Assembly: GCA_965248765.1 (NCBI GenBank) | Contig: CBDFKF010000003.1 | Span: 386,257-450,256 of the forward strand | Origin: Alphaproteobacteria bacterium | Lineage (GTDB): Bacteria > Pseudomonadota > Alphaproteobacteria > VGEJ01 | DNA length: 64,000 nucleotides | Reading direction: 5' to 3' | Shown here: positions 9,453 through 19,445 of the stretch, in pieces | How positions within the stretch are numbered: the stretch's first letter is position 1 | How the letters are laid out: every line of letters starts with the position of its first letter | The notes under the pieces: generated by a model | The model's input: the letters and a program-made list of their open reading frames with translations, nothing else | Databases searched by the model: none | Told to the model about the DNA's origin: nothing | Made by a program: the position numbers and the translations under genes

Positions 9453-10368
9453 TGGACCGCGACTACCCGCGCGATCTGGTCGGCTACGGCCGCAAGCTGC
9501 CGCGCGCCCAATGACCGGGCGGGGCGCGGATCGCCCTGCAGATCTCACTCGCCTACGAAGCCGGCGGCGAGGCCAGCGTCCTGCATGGCGATTCGGGATC
9601 CGAGGGCATGCTGACCGATATCGGGTTCCCGGCCGTGGAGGGCCAGCGCAGCATCCATGCCGAGGGCTCGTTCAACTACGGCAGCCGCCGTGGTATCTGG
9701 CGACTGCTCAAGATCTTCGAGGAGCGCGAAATCCGCGTCGGTGTGCTTGCGGTCGTCATGGGTCTGGTGCGCAACCCCGAGGTTGCCCAGGCCATGGCGG
9801 AGACCGGCCATGAGATCGTCAGCCATGGCTGGCGGTGGATCGACTACCAGGATGTGCCCGAGAAGGTGGAGGCTGAGCACATCCGGCTCGCGGTCGAAGG
9901 GATCGAACGGGTCTGTGGCAAGCGGCCGGTGGGCTGGTTGACCGGGCGCCCGGGTCCCAACACGCGCCGGCTCGTGGTCGAGGAGGGCGGCTTCCTCTAC
10001 GACCGCGATGCGCTCGACGATGAGGTTCCCTACTGGGTCGAGGTCGCGGGCAAGCCGCACCTCGTGATCCCCTATTCCTATGAGACCAACGATAACCGGT
10101 TCAACGAGAACAGCGGCTTCAACACCGCCGATGACTTCTTCCAATACATGCGCGATGCCTTCGACGTGCTCTACGCCGAGGGCGCGGACGAGCCGAAGAT
10201 GCTATCGCTCGGCATCCACGACCGGCTGATCGGCCGGCCCGCCAAGTCGCTCGGCCTGGCGCGCTTCCTCGATCATGTGTGCTGCGCCACGACAAGGTGT
10301 GGATCTGCACCGGCGAGGAGATCGCCCGCCACTGGATGGCGGCGCACCCCTACCGCCCCACCGCGTAA
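9452..10368 (+). pseudogene. polysaccharide deacetylase (PuuE/allantoinase-type), disrupted
   Basis: In-frame TGA at 9512-9514 inside the motif RAQ-*-PGGARIA, where Trp is expected. A 2-bp (tg) insertion near 10284 shifts the C-terminus (HV(L)RHDKVWICTGEEIARHWMAAHPYRPTA is in another frame). The domain is otherwise complete. Confidence 0.7.
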
Positions 10369-10432
10369 ATGCGGTTCCACGACACCCAGCCCGGTGCGGG
10401 GTATCCCACCGAAGGTCGGTGATCGCGCGGGA

Positions 10433-11239
10433 TCATGGATCGCCTGTCTGAGCGCGGATGGCGGCGGCATGGGCTTCCAGTTCCGCCGCCGCGGCGTCGC
10501 GCTCGACCTCGCGAAGCAGCCTGGCGTAATCGTCGAGGCTCTTGAGGAGGTTCGGGTCGTCCGGGCCGAACACCGCCTCTAGGATCGCGAGCGCGCGCTG
10601 GTAGAGGGCCTCGGCCTCATCGAAGCGGCCTTGTGCGCGATAGACGCCGGCGAGATCGCCGAGACTCACCGCGACATGGGGGTGACCCGGCCCGAGTGCG
10701 CCCTCGCGACTGGCGAAGACGCGTAGGAAGAGCGGCTCGGCCGCCGCGTGCTGCCCTTGGGCAACGTGGACTAGCGCCAGGATATTGAGGGCCTTGGTCA
10801 CGTCCGGGTGGTGCGACCCAAACGCGGCCTCGAGCAGGGCCAGCGCACGGCGAGCCAGCGGCTCGGCCTCCGCGTAGCGGCCTTGGGCGCGGTAGAGCTC
10901 GGCCATGTTGTCGAGGGTTCGGCCGACGTCGGGGTGTTCGTGTCCCAGCGCCTGTTCGGCGATCGTCAGGGTGCGGACATAGGCCGCCTCGGCCTCGGCG
11001 TAGCGCTCTTGCGCCTTGTAGAGCAGGGCCAGGTTGTTGAGCAGCGCCGCCGTGACCGCGTGGTCGGAACCGAACTCCGCCTCGCTTAAGTGCAGCGCCT
11101 CCTCGGCATGGGCCTCGGCCGCCTCATAATCGCCGGCGGCGAAGGCCCCTGAGAACCGCTCGTGCGCCGCCAAGAGCTCGGGCGACTGCCCCAGCGCGGT
11201 TAGCGGCCATAGCGCGAGGCACAGCAAGCCCGCCGCCAA
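10433..11239 (-). CDS. secreted tetratricopeptide-repeat protein
   Basis: Signal peptide followed by multiple TPR units (LNNLALLYKAQERYAEAE..., RAQGRYAEAEPL...). Confidence 0.7.
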   Translation of the reverse strand: MAAGLLCLALWPLTALGQSPELLAAHERFSGAFAAGDYEAAEAHAEEALHLSEAEFGSDHAVTAALLNNLALLYKAQERYAEAEAAYVRTLTIAEQALGHEHPDVGRTLDNMAELYRAQGRYAEAEPLARRALALLEAAFGSHHPDVTKALNILALVHVAQGQHAAAEPLFLRVFASREGALGPGHPHVAVSLGDLAGVYRAQGRFDEAEALYQRALAILEAVFGPDDPNLLKSLDDYARLLREVERDAAAAELEAHAAAIRAQTGDP

Positions 11240-11290
11240 CCATCTTGTTGCCGTGGCGGTGATGGTGATGGGATAGGGCCGGCGCCGACG

Positions 11291-12880
11291 CTAGAAGCCG
11301 AGCGCGCAGCCGTCCTTGCGCGGCTCCGATCCACCGACCAACGCACCGCGCTTCCAGTCGATCCAGATCGCCTGGCCGCCGCCGAGCGGTACCGGCGCCT
11401 CGACCACGTTGTGGCCGATGCGGCGCAGGACCTCAGCCGTCTTGGGGCTGACGCTGCGTTCGAGCTGGAGCGCCCCGTCGTAATAGAAGCCGCGTGGGCA
11501 GTCGAGCGCCTCCTGCACGTCCATGCCGTAGTCGAGCACGTTCGAGAGGACATGGGCATGCCCGGTCGGCTGATACTGCGCCCCCATCACGCCGTAGGGC
11601 ATCACCGCCCGCCGGCCCTTGGTCACCATGCCGGGGATGATGGTGTGCAGCGGCCGCTTGGAAGGAGCGATGCAGTTGGGGTGGCCGGGCTCGATGACAA
11701 AACCGGCGCCGCGGTTTTGCAGCACCACACCGGTCTTGGGGCTGACCAGGGCTGAGCCGAAGGACAGGAACGTCGAGTTTATGAACGAGATGGCGTTGAG
11801 ATCGCGATCGACCACGGTGAGATAGACGGTGGTCGCGTGCGGCAGCGCCTCGCCTTCCTCGATATCGGTGATCACCCGCTTGCGGTGGATGCGCGCGCGC
11901 TGCTCGTCGGTGTAGCCCTTCGACAGGAGCCGCCTGACCGGCACCGTCGCGTGGCCGGGGTCGGCGATGTAGGTATCGCGCGCCTGGTAGGCGATGCGCG
12001 CCGCCTCGGCCTCGATGTGGAAGCGCTCCGGCCCGATCGGGTCAAACTCGGCCATGTCGAAGCCGGAGAACAGGTTAAGCATGATCAGCGCGGTGATGCC
12101 CTGACCGTTGGGCGGGATCTGGTGGACGTCGTGGCCGGCATAACGCGTCTTGATCGGCTTGACGTAGTCGCTTTGGTGGGTCGCGAAGTCGTCGAGGGTG
12201 TGGAGGCCGCCGAGCCGCTTGAGGTAGCTCACCATGTCGCGCGCGATCGCCCCGCGGTAGAAGGCATCCGGCCCTTCCTTGGCGATCCGGCGCATGGTCT
12301 TGCCGAGCTCGGGCTGGCGGTGGATATCGCCCGTCGCTGGCGCCCGGCCGCCGGGCAGGAAGATGCGGCGCATGTTCGGATCGACCTTGAGCACATCGAC
12401 CAGCGCCGCCCAATCGTGGGCGGTACGCGGCGCGACCGGCGCACCCTCCTCGCAATAGGGGATCGCGGGTGCGAGGCACTCGCCGAGGCTGCGGGTGCCA
12501 TAGTCTTCGAGGATACGATGCCAGGCATCGACCGCCCCTGGGACCGTCACCGAATGGACGTTGCGCGGCTCGATCTTGCGCATGCCACGCTCAAGGTACC
12601 ACTCGGGACTCGCCGCCGCCGGCGCCCGGCCCGAGCCGTTGAGGCCGACAACCTCACCTTCGGCGCCCGGCACATAGAGGATGAAGCAATCGCCGCCAAG
12701 ACCGGTCGATTTTGCCTCGACCGCGCACAGGACGGCACTGGCGGTTACCGCCGCATCGACGGCATTTCCGCCTTCCTGCAACACCCGCATCGCGGCGAGA
12801 GTCGCCAGCGGATGCGACGTTGCGGCCATGCCGTTGCAGGCATGGATAGTCGAGCGGCCAGGAAGCTGAAAGTCGCGCAT
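11291..12880 (-). CDS. ggt: gamma-glutamyltransferase family protein
   Basis: GGT family motifs (ATSHPLAT, the autoprocessing Thr region and conserved C-terminal GG residues). Start taken at MRDFQLPG. The ORF track extends 20 codons further 5'. Confidence 0.85.
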   Translation of the reverse strand: MRDFQLPGRSTIHACNGMAATSHPLATLAAMRVLQEGGNAVDAAVTASAVLCAVEAKSTGLGGDCFILYVPGAEGEVVGLNGSGRAPAAASPEWYLERGMRKIEPRNVHSVTVPGAVDAWHRILEDYGTRSLGECLAPAIPYCEEGAPVAPRTAHDWAALVDVLKVDPNMRRIFLPGGRAPATGDIHRQPELGKTMRRIAKEGPDAFYRGAIARDMVSYLKRLGGLHTLDDFATHQSDYVKPIKTRYAGHDVHQIPPNGQGITALIMLNLFSGFDMAEFDPIGPERFHIEAEAARIAYQARDTYIADPGHATVPVRRLLSKGYTDEQRARIHRKRVITDIEEGEALPHATTVYLTVVDRDLNAISFINSTFLSFGSALVSPKTGVVLQNRGAGFVIEPGHPNCIAPSKRPLHTIIPGMVTKGRRAVMPYGVMGAQYQPTGHAHVLSNVLDYGMDVQEALDCPRGFYYDGALQLERSVSPKTAEVLRRIGHNVVEAPVPLGGGQAIWIDWKRGALVGGSEPRKDGCALGF

Positions 12881-12963
12881 GGGTCCCCGTCGTGTGTGGC
12901 CGAGTGGGGCAAAGTATGCACGGGGTGTCCGCCTTTGCAATCGGCGGCCCGGCGCCCCAGCGA

Positions 12964-13194
12964 TTAGCGCATGCGAACGATGAGGTACTTGATGAAGGCG
13001 TCGTCGACGCTCTGCTGGCTCGCCCTGCGCCAGACTTCGAACGCCTCCTCGTACGCGGGGAAGATGCCGCGGATGTCGAGGGCGGAGAGATCGACGAACT
13101 CGCTCGCGCGCGGGTCCTTCACGCGGCCACCGAAGACGAGATAGAGCTGTTGTTCCGCCATCGTCAGCTGTTGGCCTGTCGCGGGCACCGGCAT
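12964..13194 (-). CDS. DUF4170 domain protein
   Basis: 76 aa. LYLVFGGRVKDP is a motif typical of alphaproteobacterial DUF4170. Confidence 0.5.
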   Translation of the reverse strand: MPVPATGQQLTMAEQQLYLVFGGRVKDPRASEFVDLSALDIRGIFPAYEEAFEVWRRASQQSVDDAFIKYLIVRMR

Positions 13195-13385
13195 GCCGGA
13201 GGGGGTGCGGGCCCTGCCCGCGGTGATGTGGCGACCGGTGGTGCGGTTATATCGGCGGGAGCCATCGGCGTGAACCCTTGTCAGCCAATGTGGACCGCCC
13301 GCGGCGTCGAAGACCTTAACGAATCGCGGTTGGCCCCAAGAGCCCCTATGCTCAGCCCAACGGCGTCCACCGCCTCGGAGCTACC

Positions 13386-14180
13386 ATGACCTCAAGCGAG
13401 CGCAAGGAACCTGCCAGCCCCAGCATGCGGCTCGACGGCATGACCGCGTTGGTCACCGGCGCCGGTCGCGGCATTGGCGCGGGCTGCGCCGTTGCGATGG
13501 CCGAGGCCGGCGCCGAGCTGATCCTGATGAGCCGCACGCTCGCCGAACTCGAAGCGGTCGCCGCCGAGATCGCCGAGCGCGGCGGGCGTGCCGCGCGGTG
13601 CCTGGTCTGCGATGTCACCAACGACGCCGAACGCGCGCGCGCGTTCGCGGCAATCGACCGGCTCGATGTGTTACTGAATAACGCCGGCATCAACCAGCCC
13701 CAGACCTTCGTCGAGGTCGAGGCCGCGGTGCTCGACCGGATACTGGATGTCAACGTGCGCGCGGCGTTCCTGGTGGCGCAGGCGGCCACGCACAAGATGC
13801 TTGAGGATCCCGACCGCAAGGCCAAGGGCGGGGCGATCATCCACGTGTCCTCGGCGCTCGGCCATGTCGGCATGCCGACGCGCACAGTCTATGGCCTGAC
13901 CAAGCACGCGATCGAGGGCTTGAACAAGGCGATGGCGTGGGAGCTCGCCGCCCACGGCATTAGGGTCAACGCCGTGGCGCCGACGGTGGTCGAGACCGAG
14001 ATGACCCGGCCCTTCCTCGCCGACGAGAACTATCGCAATAGCCTCTTGAGTCGCGTCGCGCTCAGCCGGGTCGGTGCGGTGAGCGATGTCGCCGGCGCCG
14101 TCGTCTTCCTCGCCTCGCCGGCCGCCGCCTACATCACCGGGGCGAGCCTGCTCATCGACGGCGGTATGACCGCCCGCTGA
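13386..14180 (+). CDS. SDR family oxidoreductase
   Basis: TGAGRGIG cofactor motif, NNAG motif and the catalytic S...Y..K region. Confidence 0.85.
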   Translation: MTSSERKEPASPSMRLDGMTALVTGAGRGIGAGCAVAMAEAGAELILMSRTLAELEAVAAEIAERGGRAARCLVCDVTNDAERARAFAAIDRLDVLLNNAGINQPQTFVEVEAAVLDRILDVNVRAAFLVAQAATHKMLEDPDRKAKGGAIIHVSSALGHVGMPTRTVYGLTKHAIEGLNKAMAWELAAHGIRVNAVAPTVVETEMTRPFLADENYRNSLLSRVALSRVGAVSDVAGAVVFLASPAAAYITGASLLIDGGMTAR

Positions 14181-14183
14181 GAG

Positions 14184-15070
14184 TCAGTCGAAGATTTGCG
14201 TGGGCTGGCCGTCCTCGTACGCCTGCAGATTAGTCAGCTGGTGGATAATCTGAACGTACAAGCTCTGCGGCGACGCCGCGGCCGCTATCGTCCCGAGCGT
14301 CCGAGAAGGCAGTGTGCCTTCGGCGAATTCAAGCTCCAGCTCGAGAAACGCCACCAGAGCACGCTGGATCTCCAGAGCGCCACGATATTTGCCCGCCTCC
14401 GCAAATACCTCGGCTAACTCGCGGTATAGATGCGTGTTGGAGACCTCCCAATCCGACAGGGACGAGGCCTGCCGGTAGAGCGCGGCGGCCGCCGCATGGT
14501 CCCCTGCGACGCGCGCTTCGTAGGCCTTATCCAACACGCGCTGCTGTGGCCAGTCGGTGGCATCCCAATCAACGTCGGCGCCCGCATTTACCACGGGATG
14601 ATCGGGCCAAAAACGCTCGGTCCATTCGGTGGGGTCGACGCGTTGGCCGCTGAGATATATCTCAACATGCAGATAGGGCCGGATGCCAGGGAAGTCCACG
14701 GCCGCGTCTTGCGTGTGGCCGATCACCTGGCCGGCGACTACCTCGTCGCCCCAGGCGACAGTCGGCTTTAGGCCGAGTAGGCGCAGCGTCAGATCGGCCT
14801 GGGGCTCGTCGCCTTCGAGCACGCCGCCTTGCCAGTCCGACTCCATAGTGAGGTCGCTCACGACCCATGCGATACGCCCGGCGATCGGCGCGTGCACTAC
14901 TTCTCCGACGGCAAATTTTAGGTCCACTCCGGTGTGGCGTCGACCATGGTCAATGATCTCGGCGTCGTCCGGGATGAAGAGCTTCGTGCCGCCAAGCTCG
15001 ATCTCGGCGGCACGAACGGAAGCGCCAGTAACAGCGCTGGCGCCAGGTAGGCCGCCAGCGTTCTGATCAT
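14184..15070 (-). CDS. M23 family metallopeptidase (the N-terminal signal peptide is in another frame)
   Basis: HTGVDL...AG and PYLHVEI motifs of the LytM/M23 family. A signal peptide (MIRTLAAYLAPALLLALPFVPP) sits at 15070-15005 in the -1 frame relative to the domain, with no in-frame start. This is an apparent frameshift near 15005-15020. Confidence 0.6.
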
Positions 15071-15087
15071 CTCATCTCGCGGCGCTT

Positions 15088-15666
15088 CTAGGAGAGGCGG
15101 TCGCGCTCGGTCGTGGCCGGCTTGGCGAACACGCGCTGGACCATCGGTTCAAAGGCCTCGAGCGGCATGGTCGGATAGTCGGGATCGAACGACGGCTGGT
15201 CCCAACGCTCGCAGAACTCGGCGGTGAACTCGAAGTGAGGATGGCCGCGGTAGCGTTCGCGCGCGTTGCGATCGCCGCCGATGTGGTGCCAGAAGAAATA
15301 GCCTTGGAAGACACCATGGTTGGTCACCATCCAGAGGGTGCGCTCGCTCACGTACGGCTTGAGAACGGCAGCAGCAATCTCCGCGTGGTTGAGGGGCGCG
15401 AGGATGTCGCCGATATCGTGGACGACCGCCGCCACCACGACCTCCTCCTCGGCGCCATCGTTGTGGGCGCGGGTCGCGGTCTGGAGTGAATGCCCGAGCC
15501 GACTCACCTTGTAGCCACCGAACGAATCGGCGAGCGAGGCGAGGTGCGCAAGCACCCGGTCGGCAGCACCTTCGCGATACTCGACGCCGAGCTCGGAGAG
15601 GAACTGGTACTCCTCGGTGGTGCCCTCGGCCATTTCCGTGAAGTCGACGGTCTTCATTGCATTCAC
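15088..15666 (-). CDS. HD domain phosphohydrolase
   Basis: H...HD metal-binding motif (VVHDIGD) in a 192-aa HD-superfamily protein. Confidence 0.65.
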   Translation of the reverse strand: MNAMKTVDFTEMAEGTTEEYQFLSELGVEYREGAADRVLAHLASLADSFGGYKVSRLGHSLQTATRAHNDGAEEEVVVAAVVHDIGDILAPLNHAEIAAAVLKPYVSERTLWMVTNHGVFQGYFFWHHIGGDRNARERYRGHPHFEFTAEFCERWDQPSFDPDYPTMPLEAFEPMVQRVFAKPATTERDRLS

Positions 15667-16568
15667 CCTGCGTAGGGAACTTGGGGGATGCCGCGCGCGC
15701 CGGAATCGATGGCGAAGATGCTGCCGGCCAGCGGATACTCGGCGCGCTCGGCCTCATCGGCGCCATTCCAGGCGGTGACGATGTAGAGTGTCTCAAGATT
15801 CGGCCCGCCGAAGATCGCGCTGGTGATGCGCGAAACCGGCAGGTCGATCTTGCGATCGATGGTGCCATCCGGCGCGAGCCGCAGGACGCAGCTGCCGCCG
15901 TATCGGGTGTTCCAGATGAAGCCCTGGTCGTCGATCTCCGAGCCATCCGGCACACCGAGGGAGGGATCGTCGGTGGCATCGAACCAGTCGCGTCGGTTCG
16001 CGATCTCGCCGGTGGCCGCATCGAAATCGTAGGCGTAGATGATGTTGGCGAAGCTGTCGGTGAAATAGAAGGTCGTATCGTCGGGGCTCCAGACGAAAGT
16101 GTTGCAGCAGCTGATGCCGCTTTCGAACTTCTTGTAGGTGCCGTCGGGATCGAAGCGGTAGAGGTTGCCGTGCCCCATCTCGATCTCGCGGGGCGTGCCG
16201 TCGGCATCCCAGTTGTTGTACATCGAGCCAGCCCAGAACCGGCCCTGGCGGTCGGTCTTGCCATCGTTCATGCGGTTGTCAGGCAGGTCCTTTTCGGGCT
16301 CGTGGATGCGCTCCCAGAGATCGGTCGCCGGATCCCACAGGACGACGCCCTTGTCAGTGGCGAGGATCCAGCCACCCTTGGCGCGCTCGGACAGCGTCGT
16401 CACCATCTCCGGCAGATCGTGCGTAGTGACCTCGCCAGTCGCCGGACTCCAGCTGCGCACCGCGCGCGCCGGAATATCGGTCCAATAGAGACGGTTGTCG
16501 CGGGTCGACCAGATCGGCCCCTCGCACAACTCGTCCCGGCAATCGACGACGCACTCGACCTGGCTCAT
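15663..16568 (-). CDS. SMP-30/gluconolactonase/LRE family protein
   Basis: 301 aa with beta-propeller regucalcin-type repeats (EGPIWSTRDNRLYWTDI..., NDGKTDRQGRFWAG...). Confidence 0.8.
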   Translation of the reverse strand: MSQVECVVDCRDELCEGPIWSTRDNRLYWTDIPARAVRSWSPATGEVTTHDLPEMVTTLSERAKGGWILATDKGVVLWDPATDLWERIHEPEKDLPDNRMNDGKTDRQGRFWAGSMYNNWDADGTPREIEMGHGNLYRFDPDGTYKKFESGISCCNTFVWSPDDTTFYFTDSFANIIYAYDFDAATGEIANRRDWFDATDDPSLGVPDGSEIDDQGFIWNTRYGGSCVLRLAPDGTIDRKIDLPVSRITSAIFGGPNLETLYIVTAWNGADEAERAEYPLAGSIFAIDSGARGIPQVPYAG

Positions 16569-16704
16569 CGCGCTCCCCGTGCTTCTTGTTCGACGTTGGC
16601 GCGATCTTAGGCGCCGCCAGGCGCGGGCGGCAAGGGCGAAGCACCTGTGTCCCTGCTTGTCGATGCCCGGCTGGTACCGTTAGGCTCGCGACGCTTCATC
16701 CCGC

Positions 16705-17697
16705 ATGACACGCAGCGTCATGGACGATTCGATCGAACGCACCGATATCGAGGCGGCCCGGGCCGCGCTAGGCGATCTCGTCATCGAGACGCCGGTTCAC
16801 CACTGGCAGGGGCCCGAGCTCGCTGCAGCCGTCGGGCGCGAGACGGAGGTGATACTCAAGCTGGAGCTGTTCCAGCGCACCGGCACCTTCAAGCCGCGTG
16901 GCGCGCTGACCAACGTGCTGAACCTGACGCCCGATGCGTTGATGCGCGGCGTGACCGCGGTCAGTGCTGGTAACCACGCCATCGCCACCGCCTATGCGGC
17001 AAAAATCCTGGGCACCACCGCCAAGGTCGTGATGATGGACGCCGCCAATCCGCTACGCGTCGCCCTCTGTCGCGAGTATGGCGCCGAGGTGGTGCAGGTC
17101 GCCGACGTGCACACCGCGTTCGAGACGGTCAAGCGCATCGAAGCGCAAGAGGGCCGTAGCTTCGTCCACCCGTTCGAGGGCCGCTGGACCGTGCTCGGCC
17201 AAGCCACGCTCGGCCTCGAGCTATGCCGCCAGGTCGCTGACCTCGATGCGGTCATCGTGCCGATCGGCGGCGGTGGGCTGTGCGCGGGAATCGCCCGCGC
17301 GGTAAAGCTGGTACAGCCGGATTGTTTGATTTTCGGCGTCGAGCCGGAAGGAGCGGACTCGATGCATCGCAGCTTCGCCGCCGGCACTCCGCAGTCGATC
17401 GATGCCGTGCGCACCATCGCCGACAGCCTCGGCGCCCCCTACGCCGCGCCCTACAGCTTCGATATGTGCCGCCGCCACGTCGATGAGCTCACGATGATCG
17501 ACGATGCGGCGATACGGCGCGCTATGAGCCTGATGTTCCGAGAGATGAAGCTCGGAGTCGAGCCAGCGGGCGCGGCCGCCACCGCGGCGTTGACCGGGCC
17601 ACTCGCGCAGCGCCTGCGCGGCAAGCGGGTCGGCGTCATCGTCTGCGGCGCCAACATCGACATTGGGACATTCGCGGAACAAGCAGCACCCGCCTGA
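16705..17697 (+). CDS. PLP-dependent threonine/serine dehydratase family enzyme
   Basis: Lys-PLP motif FQRTGTFKPRGA and glycine-rich PIGGGGL loop. 330 aa. Confidence 0.8.
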   Translation: MTRSVMDDSIERTDIEAARAALGDLVIETPVHHWQGPELAAAVGRETEVILKLELFQRTGTFKPRGALTNVLNLTPDALMRGVTAVSAGNHAIATAYAAKILGTTAKVVMMDAANPLRVALCREYGAEVVQVADVHTAFETVKRIEAQEGRSFVHPFEGRWTVLGQATLGLELCRQVADLDAVIVPIGGGGLCAGIARAVKLVQPDCLIFGVEPEGADSMHRSFAAGTPQSIDAVRTIADSLGAPYAAPYSFDMCRRHVDELTMIDDAAIRRAMSLMFREMKLGVEPAGAAATAALTGPLAQRLRGKRVGVIVCGANIDIGTFAEQAAPA

Positions 17698-17745
17698 AGT
17701 CGACCTCGCCTCGGCGCGCTGCAGTCAGCCGCGGCGCAACCGCGT

Positions 17746-19413
17746 TTAACGTGTGGCGGGGGTCTCGTGGATCGCGGTGATGCCGGGCCCCGGTTTGCCA
17801 AAGAGGTAGCCCTGGCCGTACTCGACGCGCGCATCGATCAGGAACTTGGCTTCGTCCTCGGTTTCGACCATCTCGGCGACCGTCTGAATGCCGATGTCGC
17901 GGCACAGGCCCGCCATCGCCCGTAGAAACGCCTTACCGTTGGGCGTGGTGAGCGCCGCGCGCACATAGACGCCGTCGATCTTGACGTAGTCCACCTGCAT
18001 GGCGCGCAGGTACTGGAAGGCTGCGGCCCCCGCGCCGAAGTCGTCAAGATACACATGGTGGCCGGCCTTGCGCAGGCCTTGAATGACCTCGTTGGTTTCA
18101 TCGAGGCGGGAGATCTTGGCCGATTCGGTTACCTCGAACATGAGCTGATCGCCGACCTCGGCATGCCGGCGCAACAGCTCGTGCAGCGATTCCACGAAGT
18201 TCGGGCTCTCGAGCGAGCGCCCGGACAAATTGACGGCGATGCGTAACACATCGCCGTTGCGCTGGCCCTCGAGAATCTTGTCGATGACCCGGTTCGTCAT
18301 CGCCAGATCGAACTCGCCGATCATGTTCACCTCCTCGGCGAAGGTGATGAATTGAAATGGCGATGGGTAGCGTTCGGTCTCGCGCAGACGCACCAGTGCC
18401 TCGTGGTGGTGCAACGCGCGGCTTGCGAGGTCAACGATCGGCTGAAAGACGATGTCGAACTGCTTGTTCAAGATGGTGTTGCGAAACGCGCCGATGCGAT
18501 CGACGGTGTCGTCGAGCATCATGCGGTAGCCGTCGGAAAGATCGCTGATGGTGAAGGTCTCGCGCTCATCGGAGAAACGGTTGATGGCGTAGAGCAGCGC
18601 ACGGGCACTGTCCTCTGGGCTGACATCGCCACTCGCTTCGAGCGGCACGCTGGAAGTCTCGACAGCGATGCCCTTGTGCGCGGGATCGAACACCTGGGCC
18701 CGCTCGGCAAGCGTGCGTTCAAGTGCCGTCACGTTGAGCGATGCTTCATGGACAATGCCGTAGCGGTCGCCGCCAACGTGGCCCGCCGTATCGCCGTCGA
18801 CAGAATGCACCTGCAGGTGAGCGGCCATATCGGCCATGAAGGATTCGGCTTCCTCGCCCCCTACCTGCTCGCTGAGCTCGCCCATGCCATCGAGATCGAG
18901 AAAGGTCATGACGTAGGGCGCGGCCCCCGGAGGCGGATTCCGCAGCGCCCGGCTGGCGCGGTCGGCGAAGCCCGATTGGTTGAGGAGCCCGGTGTCGTCG
19001 TCACGGTCCTCCGGCACCTCGGTCTCTACAAGCGGCGCAAGCTTGAGCGCGTTGAGGGCAAGGAAGATGTGGTGCTGCCCTGGCAGGTGTGTGCCGGACA
19101 GGGTGACTGCCTGGGTTTTGCCGCTCGGCTGACGCAGCTGTACGCTGACCGGGCCAAAGCGCTCAGGCGCGCCGAGATCGGACAGAAGGGCGCGGATGAT
19201 GGGGCGGTTCTTCGGGGCGACGAGATCGAGAAGCGGCCGCCCAATCAGCGCATCGGGCGGCTCGCCCGAGAGCCACTGCACGGCACCCGCCGCGTACGAC
19301 ATCTTAAGGCTCTGGTCGATCTCAATCAGCGCATCGGCGTTGGCGAACGCAAAACCGACAAAGCGGTCCCGCTCCTGGCGCAGTTTATCCGTGCTTTCGC
19401 TCACCGCCACCAT
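17746..19413 (-). CDS. PAS-like / degenerate GGDEF / EAL domain c-di-GMP phosphodiesterase-type protein
   Basis: The C-terminal EAL domain has EVTE..., DDFGAG and QGYLF motifs. The central GGDRY-type degenerate GGDEF and the N-terminal PAS-like region are also present. Confidence 0.75.
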   Translation of the reverse strand: MVAVSESTDKLRQERDRFVGFAFANADALIEIDQSLKMSYAAGAVQWLSGEPPDALIGRPLLDLVAPKNRPIIRALLSDLGAPERFGPVSVQLRQPSGKTQAVTLSGTHLPGQHHIFLALNALKLAPLVETEVPEDRDDDTGLLNQSGFADRASRALRNPPPGAAPYVMTFLDLDGMGELSEQVGGEEAESFMADMAAHLQVHSVDGDTAGHVGGDRYGIVHEASLNVTALERTLAERAQVFDPAHKGIAVETSSVPLEASGDVSPEDSARALLYAINRFSDERETFTISDLSDGYRMMLDDTVDRIGAFRNTILNKQFDIVFQPIVDLASRALHHHEALVRLRETERYPSPFQFITFAEEVNMIGEFDLAMTNRVIDKILEGQRNGDVLRIAVNLSGRSLESPNFVESLHELLRRHAEVGDQLMFEVTESAKISRLDETNEVIQGLRKAGHHVYLDDFGAGAAAFQYLRAMQVDYVKIDGVYVRAALTTPNGKAFLRAMAGLCRDIGIQTVAEMVETEDEAKFLIDARVEYGQGYLFGKPGPGITAIHETPATR

Positions 19414-19445
19414 CGGCCGCGCGCAGAATGCGCTGTCACTAACAC

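Noticed and set aside
15149-16610. 371-aa (15149-16264, minus) and 317-aa (15657-16610, plus) ORFs
   Set aside because: They are out-of-frame or antisense shadows of the HD-domain and SMP-30 genes. The translations are low-complexity and Arg/Pro/Ala-rich.
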